This document shows, piece after piece, positions 1 through 11,493 of a stretch of DNA of 64,000 nt. The translations under genes and the position numbers were made by a program. Every line of letters starts with the position of its first letter. Position 1 is the first letter of the stretch. The notes under the pieces were generated by a model. That model had not been told where the DNA came from, ran no database searches, and was given only the letters and a program-made list of their open reading frames with translations. The stretch is taken from contig CM038998.1 in the NCBI GenBank assembly GCA_017499595.2, positions 1,612,001 to 1,676,000 of the forward strand, read 5' to 3'. The DNA comes from Psilocybe cubensis (taxonomy: Eukaryota).

Positions 1-161
1 ACTGTCCGCAATCCTCAAAGTGAACAGGTGGGTAACTTATGGTACACTCTTCTGGTCTCTCTGATATTCATCTATTTTAGCAAAATCCCGGACCCAAAGC
101 TCCACCAGGAACTGCTCAGCGAGCACTCAGAGGCAGAGGACGGGGAATGGGACGACGGTAG
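1..161 (+). CDS. 3' end of a gene entering from the left edge; unknown product with an RG-rich C-terminus
   Basis: Exon 1-27 (TVRNPQSEQ), intron 28-80 (GT..CTGAT..TAG), exon 81-161 reading QNPGPKAPPGTAQRALRGRGRGMGRR then TAG. Frame chosen by continuity. Confidence 0.6.
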
Positions 162-1242
162 ACAAGTTAGCCGGCCCAATTGATAAAATACAACTGGACG
201 TAAGGGTAGCCAATTTTCTATTACCTTCAATGATAATCAATGATAAAAGTAGTACTCGTTTCAGTTCATCCGTTGACAATGTCAGCCTAAATGTGCTTAA
301 TGTCTTTCTTGTATCTATCGTAAACATATTTCAAATCAATAGCTAAAGAGATCCTCAATGTTCGAGATGGTCATGTGTTCGTGGCAAGTATTGTATTTTC
401 TAGGTGACACCGCCTCCGTGGCACCTAGTTTCGGTTATAACATCACATAAAACATGCCAAAACATGTCGAAATTATTATTAAAGGAAGCAAATCTCAATT
501 TTGACTCAACTTGAATGCCAATGACAGTACTATTAATTTCAAGTACTGCCTCCGTATCGTGGTCTGTCTACGAGAGACTACTGCCTTGGTAGGTGCCCGT
601 GTGTGTGATGTAGTAGTAACGCCTCGAATTTGCAAGGATGTTATCACTTCCGAGTGACGATTGCCATACGCACCAGCTGTTGTTGATCTATTGACAAATG
701 ACGTTAGCTTATGTGTACTCTCATGCTGATATGCAACATGCAGTCGAGTCGTCGTATTCGCTTCGGATTCTCTGCAGTTTTCAGACTGAACCGGTAAACA
801 AAAACAACTGACTGTGACGATCATGGGAACTTAATCTGGTCACTTGAGCATCTGGGATAATAGCACCAAATAGCGTTCCCACTTCATTCTCTTCTGAAGG
901 TGATATTGCGGCTGACCGACGCGTTTGCGAGGTCAAGCTATTTTTAGATTTGTTATCACGACACAGCTGCCCAATATGGAAGGTTGAGTGCCCAATTTAG
1001 AAGCTCTGTTGCGCAATCGAAGAGCCTGAAAACGCAATATAGACGGTATAACACGTACTTTGAGCAACATCGCTCACGCCGGTTTGATATCGACCCCAAA
1101 TCCACCCACATGTTCATTGACCTATTTTTAGAGATATGTACCACTGTAAGATAGATGATAAATAGACAGAAGCTCCATCCTGATTCGATGGTACTGTCGT
1201 TGTACTGTCGCTCTTGTTTATCGTGTCTTCGATCTAGCCATA

Positions 1243-3643
1243 ATGACTACAATATTGGTCAATCACAAGGACACAAAAAGAATCTCTGTCGCTAGCAGCA
1301 GCGAAAAACTCTCCAATTTCTCCACAGACAATAATGGGGACATTCCCAGCCTAGGGATGCCAGTGGATGCTAAGGCATTTGGCTTTTTGTCACTCTGGAG
1401 GCAAGATAAAAAGGACTTGGACGCTGTAGCAACACAGCCATCGGTGTTTGATGACCCCACAACACTTGAGATCTACCGACCACCTCCACAGTACGAAAAT
1501 ACACATCGTTTCGACCCGCTTGCACGCTGGACATGGAGAGAGGAGAAGGTAAGCTGAATTCGGGTATTATCAGGTCATTCAATGATCTTTAATGTGATCA
1601 ATTAGCGTGTCTTGAGAAAGATTGACATTCGAATCATGTTGTGGGCATTTATCATGTTTTTCTCCCTGGAGCTCGATCGCAGCAACCTTAGTCAAGCCAA
1701 TGCCGATAATATTTTAAACGACCTGGGCCTGTCAACTAACGACTTCAACCTTGGAAATATTTTATTCCGCCTATCTTTTCTGCTTGCAGGTATCCTATAA
1801 TCATTTCTTTCATCTTCCTATATGATTTTGATCAGAATTTCTCACTGGCAGAGCTTCCTTCACAATTGATATCAAAACGGGTGGGTCCAGACGTATGGAT
1901 ACCTTGCCAGGCAAGATTATCATTCTTATGTTGCTTGCCTCACTAAAATCAAACCAGATGGTTCTCTGGAGTGCAGTTTCTACTTCTCAGTTCTGGTTAT
2001 CTGGAAGACGAAGCTTTCTAGCATGCAGGTGAGTACTGTGGTCAAATATAACTGTCAGTAGAACCAATGTTAATCGTGATCTAAATGGTACCCAGGTGTC
2101 TCCTTGGATTTATGCAAGGCGGTTTCATTCCCGACATTGTACTATATCTTTCGTATTTCTACACCAAGAATGAACGTGGGTCATTATTAATTGCGTAGTT
2201 CCAGTAGCTGATTCTCTTGAAAAGTGCCTATCAGACTAGCTTTCTTCTGGGTATCTAATTATACCTCAGATATAGTAAGCGCCTTCCTGGCCACTGGAAT
2301 TTTGCGACTACGAGGAGTCGGTGGACGAGCAGGATGGCGCTATCTCTTTCTTTTGGAGGGCATATTAACATTGGCTGTCGGGCTCTTGTCCTTTGCCCTG
2401 ATGCCACCCGGACCAACACAAACAAAAGCATGGTACAGACCGGAAGGATGGTTTACCGCAAGGTGTGCTGTTCAACTTTCCCTACTAGGTCTTAAAAAGT
2501 ATCTTCTAAGTTAGCTTAGAGAAGAAGTTATAATGGTGAATAGGTAATTCCTTTCAATATACTCTTAAAGCAGGATAATAGCAACTGAATCGAAACCATA
2601 CCAGAGTTTTACGAGACGATCCATCCAAATCCGATATGCACAATCGAGAGGGGCTATCAGTCCGGATGATTTGGGAAGCCGTCAAGGATTGGAGGTTATG
2701 GCCCATTTATTCACTAGGAATTTCTCATATGGGTAAATTAAGTCTACCTTCGCAAAATCTTGTGATTTACTCTAACTCGAATTTCAAGTACCCGTTGTAC
2801 CTCCACAAACATATCTCACTCTGTCTTTGCGGAATCTTGGCTTTACGACCTTGCAAACAAACTTGTTGTCCGTCCCGTCCATTGTCCTAGGCATGTTGGG
2901 GCTTTTGGCTACAGCATTTCTAAGTGAAGCTGTCAACAGTCGTGTAGCCGCAACTATTATTCTACAATTTTGGGCGCTACCTCTGTTGATCGCTCTTTAC
3001 ACGTTCAGCTCACATACATCACAATGGGTGTATTTCGCAGTTGTGACTTTGATTGCGGGATACCCATATGTCCATCCAATTCAAGTGGCCTGGGCATCTA
3101 GAAATTCTTACAGTGTGAGGACAAGGTATGATTTATGTTGAAGCCTATGTTGAGAAGTCGGCCTGACTTGGTGCTGAAGAACGGTGTCCGCGAGTATCTA
3201 CAACATGTGTGTTCAGACAGGAAGCATTATATCGGTAAAGTGTTTCTTCGTCGATAAAACGTGAATTAAAACTTACGAGTCGTCGTGTATAGGCTAACAT
3301 TTATCGAGCGGACGACAAGCCTTTGTGTACGTCGCTCAATGTGACCGTTATTTCTCAAAGACGCATCACATTGACTGCTCTATGCAGACAAACGCGGAAA
3401 TAGAGACCTGATTGCGATATGCTGCATGAATATTTGCCTCTACATTTTCAATTACTTCTTTTATAAGACATTGAACGCTAGAAGGGAGCGCAAGTGGAAA
3501 TCTTGGTCACCGAAGGTACATATCAAGCCTTGATATCATAGAGTATGTCGTTAACTCAGAGGGTCCGCCAGGAACAAGAAAGATACCTTGAAAATACCAA
3601 AGATGAAGGGAATCAGCGTATGGATTTTAGATTTGCGTACTGA
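1243..3643 (+). CDS. MFS transporter, anion:cation symporter (allantoate permease/Dal5, Soa1-like) family
   Basis: Spliced ORFs give RKIDIRIM..LELDRSNLSQA, ELPSQLISKRVGP, GWRYLFLLEG and a C-terminal GNQRMDFRFAY*. About 12 short introns, one of them GC-AG (1911-1957). Confidence 0.9.
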
Positions 3644-3705
3644 AGCCAGATATAGGAAAGCCGCGATACGATATCCAGTTAGCTGAATGATATTACAATA
3701 GGGGA

Positions 3706-5873
3706 TTAGAAAAGTTCAAAAGCTTCCCATATAGGCTCTACTATTCCCTTCTGGTCGACATCTACCCATCGTTTATTTGTATTGTCGATACCACCCGTGG
3801 AATCCAAATTGCCAAACGCATTGACCCAGCCTAGCCCGACCGCACTGAGCCTACAGACAGAGGAGCTGAATTCCGAGTTGCGTTAGAATTTGGAATATAA
3901 TTCGTGGAACTAGATGTACCTAATTGCGCATACAACGGCGTCTGGCTTGATATCTGCGCCTTCTGCCGGCCACAAACCGCTAACAATGGCAAGATCAACA
4001 ATCATACCCCTTGTGGCTGTGATCCGTTCATGAATGTCAAGTTCGTTGAAAGTTTTCTGAAAGTACTCTCCAGGGCTGGCTAAAGGACGCAACCTAGGAT
4101 CTGATGCATCGAAAAGACTGTAAAATCGCCCCCGATACAACTGTGAGAATTGCTCATATGCAGTTGGTGAATCGGTCGCTAGATACACCACAGGATTGGA
4201 GGATGCCGAGCCAGGGTGCAGGCGCGTCCAGGTAGTTGCCACTGCATTAGAATAATCCTCAAGTGGGATTTTGCGATCTGGGAATATGTAGGAAAGCGAT
4301 TTACGGTCACCACGTCTGATATGTGTTGCAATATAGACGATGCCGGAATTGTCCTGTTCGTTTGCCTCCTGTATAAATGCAGAAAGTTCCTTTCGCGCTA
4401 GCCGGATTAACTTGGTATTCCATTCGTTTGGAATAATCACTGATTTCAGAGAGTGGCCGGAATAATCAAATATAGGTTTCAATCGATTGAGTGAATGCCC
4501 ATATCTTGAGACAGGAACTTAAGTAAGAAGGATCATGCAGCTTGAAGTATAGGATAACTAACGGGTCTTCGTAATGGTCTGAAAAGGCGTGACCAAAATG
4601 AAACTTGGCTGTTCTTGCGTTGATGACCTAGGACACAAACATCAATGTCAAAAATGACCTATTACCCATTGTCTGTAGGATGTTACCCAATGCCTGAGTC
4701 AAATATTGTCAATTTCAGAATGACCATATTGTTTGGTATTTACCTCGAAGTACGCGGGCATGCCACCAATTCTGGGATCCACCTCAGTAAACAGCGAGTA
4801 ACAACGTTACGTTTTTTACTAACCGTCCGCAGGAGGTGGCAGGCAGTTAGGTTCAGGACCGGGTTGTCCTTTACTCAACTCCTCAAAATGATCCAGCCAC
4901 CTTGTTGATAAACATGGATTAGATATAGTCAATGTAACCAATGTGATATGAAAGCATTGGATAATTGATAAGACATACTTTCCTCGATTCCAGTAAGTAT
5001 CGTCTACGAAAAACGTGCGATTTCGCTACCATGGCAGTAGTCAGCGTCATGCTGCCAGTAATTGAAGCATAATACCTCATTTGCCAATGCCGCAGCCTGG
5101 GCCATCAAAGCCAAATCTGCAGAAAGTCCAACCGTCCCATCGAGCATGTAAGTGATGGTGCTAGAACAAACCTTCCCAGCGCTTTTGATGTCGTCGTCAT
5201 GCGGTACATCCATGCCTCCCATAGGGCCTATATCCCAAAAGTCCCCATGCGACATATAACCTTGATGCAATTTGGCGCATTCATTAAGATATTCATTAGG
5301 GTGGAGAGGAAATGTGGTATAGTTTGCGTAGGAAATGGTATGAGCGCCTGGTATCGTGGGCTTGTGCGAATGTGAAGGCGAAAACTTTGAATTTAACGCA
5401 GAAGTCGCAATCGGAGCTGAAGATGAAGCAGAAGACGTAGGTGCTTTTGCTCCCACATATTTGTGAAGCGCCTCCGGTCGAGTGAAAGACACGACGATCA
5501 GAAATAGTAAGATGCCGCTCAGGAATATCCCCACCGCTAACGGTAGTCGGGAGACAAAACGATATAAGAATTGCATTGGATGATGCAGTGGCTTTCGAGC
5601 CTCCCCTCCCTTCCCATTTGAATCGGCGGTAGCTCGTGCGCGTGCGCTGTGTACAGAGAATCTGGCCGTTGATGACGAGGCTAACAGAGGGGCAGATTGC
5701 AAGGCGCCAGAGTCGTCATCGTAGTCCGTTCCATTCGACTCAGACAGTGGTATCTTCGAGAAGCCTTGTTCCAGACGGCTTGTTCGGGATCCGCTGTGTG
5801 GTGTCCGGGGTGTGAGTTGCTGGTCTGAACCTCGGTAGGAAGCGGTAGAAGTCAGCGGTCGAGGTCGTGGCAT
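3706..5873 (-). CDS. Type II membrane glycosyltransferase, GDP-fucose-dependent GT-B superfamily (FUT8/NodZ/O-FucT-like), uncharacterised
   Basis: ATG 5873; single TM segment LPLAVGIFLSGILLFLIVVSF, then S/A/P stem. Motifs YIATHIRRGD, VVYLATDSP and DLAIVS match the three fucosyltransferase motifs. Ends EPIWEAFELF* at 3706. 7-nt micro-exon at 4687-4693. Confidence 0.75.
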
Positions 5874-6222
5874 ATTGACCCACAATAGCGCGCAGTCTTC
5901 CAAATCAATAGGAAGACAAAACTTAAGTAGCGATGGTCGAGTTAAAGGAATGAACTGTCTTCGTTATTAATCATTGCATGAACGAAGTCCCGGAAGTAGC
6001 GAACTCCAACATCAAATTCGGGGCAGTGATTGTTGCTGGCTCAACCATAACACTGCCACTTGGAACAGTGTTAACTTGATGGAAACATGGATTCGTAGGC
6101 AAAATCTGGTTATAAAATACATATACTAAAAATGTCCTTTATATATCTAATTATCGAGGCCAAGAGCAAGAAGAATATAAACGTCATCTAGCATTTAGGT
6201 TTAAAAGGTAGTTGAATATAAC

Positions 6223-7000
6223 TTAAGGATTAACCGGAAGGTCGGGGGTAGGCGTGTTGGGAGGATTGCCAGGCATAGGAGGAGAAGAAGGTGTCGCTGA
6301 AGCAGAGGTGGAACTTGTGCTGACATTGGCAGTTGTATCCGGGCCATCGTCTGCGGCTGTTGCCTGCGTCGGGGTAGGTGCAGCACCAGATCCAGACGCA
6401 CTTTGATTTGCGGCGGCCCCAATACCAGAACCATCACCATCACTTTGAGCACTAACTGGAGCGTTAGGAAGTGTAGCATTTCCGGGACCACCTTGGCCAG
6501 TTGCCGACTGAATTATACGAGTCACTTCGTCAACGGCATTTCTGAGCGCTTGCATACTTTGTGCGTCGAGTTGACCAGAATCATTACTCTCGACATCCAG
6601 CGCCTTTGAGGTTTGAGATAAATTGCTCATTACTGTTTTCAAGAGAGGGCCAACGATAGGAAGGCCATCGAGCATGCCCATAACAGTAGCAGCGTCATCT
6701 CTGGCTGCTAGTTTGTTAACTGTCAAATAAATAGAACTTAGTGCATTGTGTGTTAGCTAGTGGCAATGAAAGAAGCATACATTGGGGAGCCCTTTGACGG
6801 ATTGTGTCGGATCGCTCTTCGGCATTAACGCCCGTAGGGTAAGCAGCTGGTGCAACGGAAGACGAGGCATAGCTGGTACTCGAGGAGCTTGAAATGTCGA
6901 CGTCGTGATTGCCGTCTCCTGTTGGCGCAGCCAAGCAGGACGACGAGGATGATATAGCCAAACCAGCGAGAAGAATGGAAGAGCTAGAGGGTATCTTCAT
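6223..7000 (-). CDS. Orphan secreted protein (~238 aa) with Ser-rich pro-region and G/A/P/T/S-rich tail
   Basis: ATG 7000; signal-like MKIPSSSSILLAGLAISSSSSCLA-AP. One intron 6780..6720 (GTATGC..CAG) joins the two ORFs in frame. TAA at 6223. Confidence 0.8.
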
Positions 7001-8255
7001 GGCAAGATATAAGGCCGAGAGATTCGAGGCTGGGTATGTATCCGCAAGTTTTGATATATACCGTTGATAAAGCAAGAAGAACAAATGAAAAGATGAAAAT
7101 CCTTGGAAGATATAGTCAACAACTTTATAGAAGATAAGATCAGAATAGGGGGCGTTCTGGGGATCAGGCGAAACAGCAATGACGGTAGAAGATATCGACG
7201 GTGACTAGCAGGCCAAGAACGCATATCAGTGAAGACCAACGTTGTATTTTTTCATTTACAAAAGATGTCATGGTCTAGTCTCGAAAAAGAAGTCAGTCCT
7301 GAATCCACGACAATGAAGACGATGGTTGATTTTGCAATGGCAAAATGCTGGTCAAAATTATATTCAGCGTCTTCTGTGTTGCATCTCCCATATTTCCTCC
7401 TCTCCATATGGAGCGCGACCCCCTGCACCCATGCTATTACCTCGGTATGAGGTCGCTCCAAGGAGGGTGTACTCCCACAAGTTAGAGAGAGAACGGCGGA
7501 GTGAGGTTCCCATGCACGATGAGAGAAAACACCAGAACAGTAAAGCAGCACTAGCAAGGACCCGATCAGCCTGGAATATGAAAATGACGGACACAAGTAG
7601 GAATCTCACAAGAGCAAGACGAAAATGGCCATTACGGGCACGAGCTGCGCAAGACTGCTCTGAGAGGAGGAAACAGTCATAGTGGTCGGGTACTAAAGAG
7701 GTATTAATGACCAAAGTCGCGCGACTCGGAGCCAAGTCCTTGTCTCCGTTTCCGTCATCTCAGATATCCGTCCCCGTAATCACACTAATTGAATTTGATG
7801 ACCCAAGGAATTGTGCAGCTGGGCATAATCTGCATAATCTCGCAAGCGAGACACGTTTGCCAGGGTACGACTACGCTCACCTCAATTAGAGCCGGCCGGG
7901 TTCCTGTTCCCTCACAAACTGAGTTTGAGTCGGAGAACAAATTGCAAAGGCTATGCAGTCAAAACGAACCATCAGATAACCTCGACCCTCCGTTCCGACC
8001 CTAGTTGCCCTCAGGATCGTTTTGGCAGTCATCTTCACAGTTTTGCCTGTAAAATCTGTAAAATGTGAGTCCCAAGTCCTGCAATCTGCTGTTTCGGGTT
8101 CGGTGCAACCAGATCGTTGGGAATCCAATGCAACGGTAACATCTGCAGATTGGCTTCGACAGATTCGGATGTATCCACTGTTTCGGTTTTTCTCACTACC
8201 ACCCCCTCCCCTTCTCTATATCTCATACTTTTTCTCCTACCTTCACTAGAGCACG

Positions 8256-10184
8256 ATGGTCGATGGTAGCAGCACCCCCTCAGAGCCGACAACTAGTGGC
8301 TCAAAGCTTCAGCTGGTATTTTACTTTCTCCCAGTCATTTTGCAATTTCGTCATTGCTCACAATGGGGAATAGTATGTCTCCTCCGACACAGTGGTACCA
8401 GATGCAGATGTTGAGAGAGCCTCTGGCTCGACCAGTCTCATCCCCGTCGACCCATTCCAATTCCGAGATGGAATCGTTACGGACGAAGAACTCTCTAATC
8501 TGCGCCGTCGCAAAAAGGGCAAGGCAGTTGCGAAGTATCAAACGCGGCAGAATAACGTTGGTGATCAACACGAATTCAACTACCACCTTAATTTAAATTG
8601 CATCATCAGCTCATCGAGGCGTTGTTGAAACCTATGGAAGAACACACAGAAGACGCGAAGGCCGAAGAAGAAGCTGCTCGATTACCTGTTAGTCGTCTTG
8701 TAATAATTCGCGATAGCCTTTTAACCTCTTGATTCGCAGGTCAAAATTGCCATCTATGCTAGCCTCATTTCTAATTTCGCCCTATGTGTTTTGCAAAGTA
8801 CATACACGATGATATATACTACTCTAAATTTCTGACTTTTTTGTGCAGTGTACGCCGCCATCTCATCACTGTCATTGTCGCTCTTGGCTACTGGCATCGA
8901 CTCTGTTTTCGACATTGGGAGCAACATCCTGTTATTCTGGTTGCATCGAAAAGCTGTTAGTCTTGATGGAAACAAATGGCCCGTCGGGGGAGCTCGACTT
9001 GAGACGATAGGAAACATCGTTTACGGTAACTAACAGATTCCATTCTTTCTGTAATGACCAGCGTACTGATTCTTTTACTTTCAGGATTTCTGTGAGTTCT
9101 CTTCTTTTGACTTCAAGGCAACTTTGCTGATGATTTCTGAAGCATGGGTTCAGTCAATCTTGTAGTTATCGTAGAATCCATTCGTACCCTAATAACCAAA
9201 GAAGGCGACGAGTTGGCACCATTCCATCTTCCTTCAATTATCTCTGTGTCCTCGGCTCTCGGTGAATTTCCTTCCTGTCTTCTATATTTCTCATATATTC
9301 ATGTCTTTTCTAGCGGTCAAATTTCTTCTTTTCCTCTACAGTTTCTCTATACGAAAAAAATCGAGTCAAGTCCAGGTTCTCTGGCAGGACCATCGTAATG
9401 ACCTCTGGATCAATGGATTTGGTTCGTGTGACAGTTTCGCAGAGCTCGCCTAATCTCATCTGATTATCATAAATAGGTATTCTCATGTCCACAGGAGGGA
9501 GCAAACTCCGCTGGTGTTCGTCATCTTATAACTCGCCTCCGGACTGCGGGTTCTGACTTTTTTCGCACAGATCTTGACCCCATGGGTGCCATCATCGTAC
9601 GTGTTGCATGCAACATTACATCTCGAATTCTTTTGACAGAAGACGCGTTTTAGATTGCATTAGGGGTAATAATCTCTTGGGGCAGGACTATTTACTCAGA
9701 GTTCGAGCTCCTCGCTGGAAAATCAGCACCGCACGACTTCCTCCAATTGCTTATTTATAAATGTGCTACTTTTACGGACTCCATCGAAAAGGTGGATACT
9801 GTCCGTGCTTACCATGCAAGTGGAATTCAAAAAAATCTTTATATGCCGTTGCCACATACTAATCAAAGTTCATCCACACAGTCTGGGCCTGTATGTCAAA
9901 AGCACGATGTGATATCAGTGAAAATTAATTTTTCTATTACTCTAGGATTATTTCGTTGAAGTGGATATCGTAATGGATGAAAATACCCCACTGTGGAAGG
10001 CACACGATGTCAGTCAGCAACTTCAAGATAAGATTGAAGTGCTCCCCAACGTCGAGAGGGCGTTTGTACACGTAGATCACGAATGGACACATGTTCCAGT
10101 AAGTGTATATTCAATTTTCTGCTTCTCGGACGAAAAATAACCTTCGTGAAGGAACACAGAAAGGCTGCAAAAAGCCCTGTTTAA
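8256..10184 (+). CDS. Cation diffusion facilitator, Mn-CDF (MTP8-11-like) subgroup
   Basis: SLSLLATGIDSVFD (DxxxD in TM2), RLETIGNIVYG, QDHRND, DTVRAYHSGPDYFVEVDIV and ERAFVHVDHE. Many introns and micro-exons. Confidence 0.92.
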
Positions 10185-11493
10185 CGACTTTTGAACGAAA
10201 TAATGACGATGTTGATGATCGTATAAATTTAATGACACCGAGGAGACCACACTCACCTTACGCATTGTCTTCTTAATTTATGGCAAAGATCTTTGGTTAT
10301 AGAATAATATCCTATCTTCCGCGCGTATGAAACTGAGTACCAGACGCATTAATCCCTGAAAATACGATCCTATCAATTTTTGTGACCGCTGTTTACGGTA
10401 CGCTTTTCTAACACGCCCCTCAGCCAATGCTTCCTGTTCTCTATTTCGCGAGTTTTGCTGACAGTCATAATTTATACAGGAAGAGTTATTCATATAATAC
10501 CGGCCTCAATACAATCTGTATGATGGGTGTGTAATGGAGTTCGTGTAATCGCCTCGCAATTCCAGAGGGACAAGGGGAATAAGTTCCGAAGACCGAACAT
10601 CCTGCACGTCCTGTCAGGCTGATACCGAGGAGCCGCTCTTCGCGTGGCTGTTAAGATCCGAGTTGTTGGTTCTGTACGGTGTAGACGAGTGAATATAAGG
10701 GGGGTTGTGTGGAGATGGGTGGTGTTAATGTCTTACGAGACAAAGGCTAAACAGGCATGCACATATCCAAAGAACCGGTGCGGATGGCCGGCGGGAAATT
10801 TTTTTGACATTCCGTGCGATTGTCATGGTGGTGTTGCTCGCGAGTTTCTCGAAGAACATGGATATTATTTGGCTTTTCATGAGTAGAATGTGGAAGTCAT
10901 TCTCAAGGCTGACTAGACTGGATGTTTCGATTTTGTCGGGAGAATGTCATTTGGGCTGCTCCCTTATTCTACCACATCAGTTGTGGTACCACAGCATACT
11001 AGTATCTGGAAAGGGTATCCGCGATTGACAGTCATTTAATCATGGCTTCCTGGGACATCCACAGATCAATTATCTTATGCGCCGACAGTGTTCCTCGGAC
11101 AATATCTTTGCATGGCCAGGCCGTGATTAAAGGGCGTAAATAGCAGAGAAAACAAAAATAAAAATGAGTGGTTACGTCAGAGCAGTGGAATCCCGATTTG
11201 GAAGTTGAGACCGCTGAGGGATTGAACCATCGGCGGCTGTGTATATGCTCTCGAGCTCTTTTGCTGTACAGCTATACCTCTCACTTTGACGCTCTCTTTT
11301 CTTCCATCTACCTCTTTCTTTCTCCATATCTTTCAGATATTCATTCCCCGCTTTCTCTCGTATCCTCGTCGTTCTTCATCCCGTTCTGTATACAGAAAGG
11401 GGTATCCATTCCTAGCCTACCGGTCCAGTCTTTTCGACGCGACACACCGTTCCAAGAGCCTTACAATTTGTTCTCTAAACTCACATTCTAGCC

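Noticed and set aside
495..824. 109-codon minus-strand ORF
   Set aside because: No domain, no splice context and unremarkable composition; consistent with a chance ORF in the MFS promoter.
6118..6132. ACATATACTAAAA resembling U6 snRNA
   Set aside because: No downstream ACAGAGA box or 5' stem; it is AT-rich 3' UTR sequence.
10500..11030. Several 50-80-codon ORFs upstream of the kinase, checked as pheromone or RiPP precursors
   Set aside because: No CAAX end, MSDIN-type leader or repeated core peptide.
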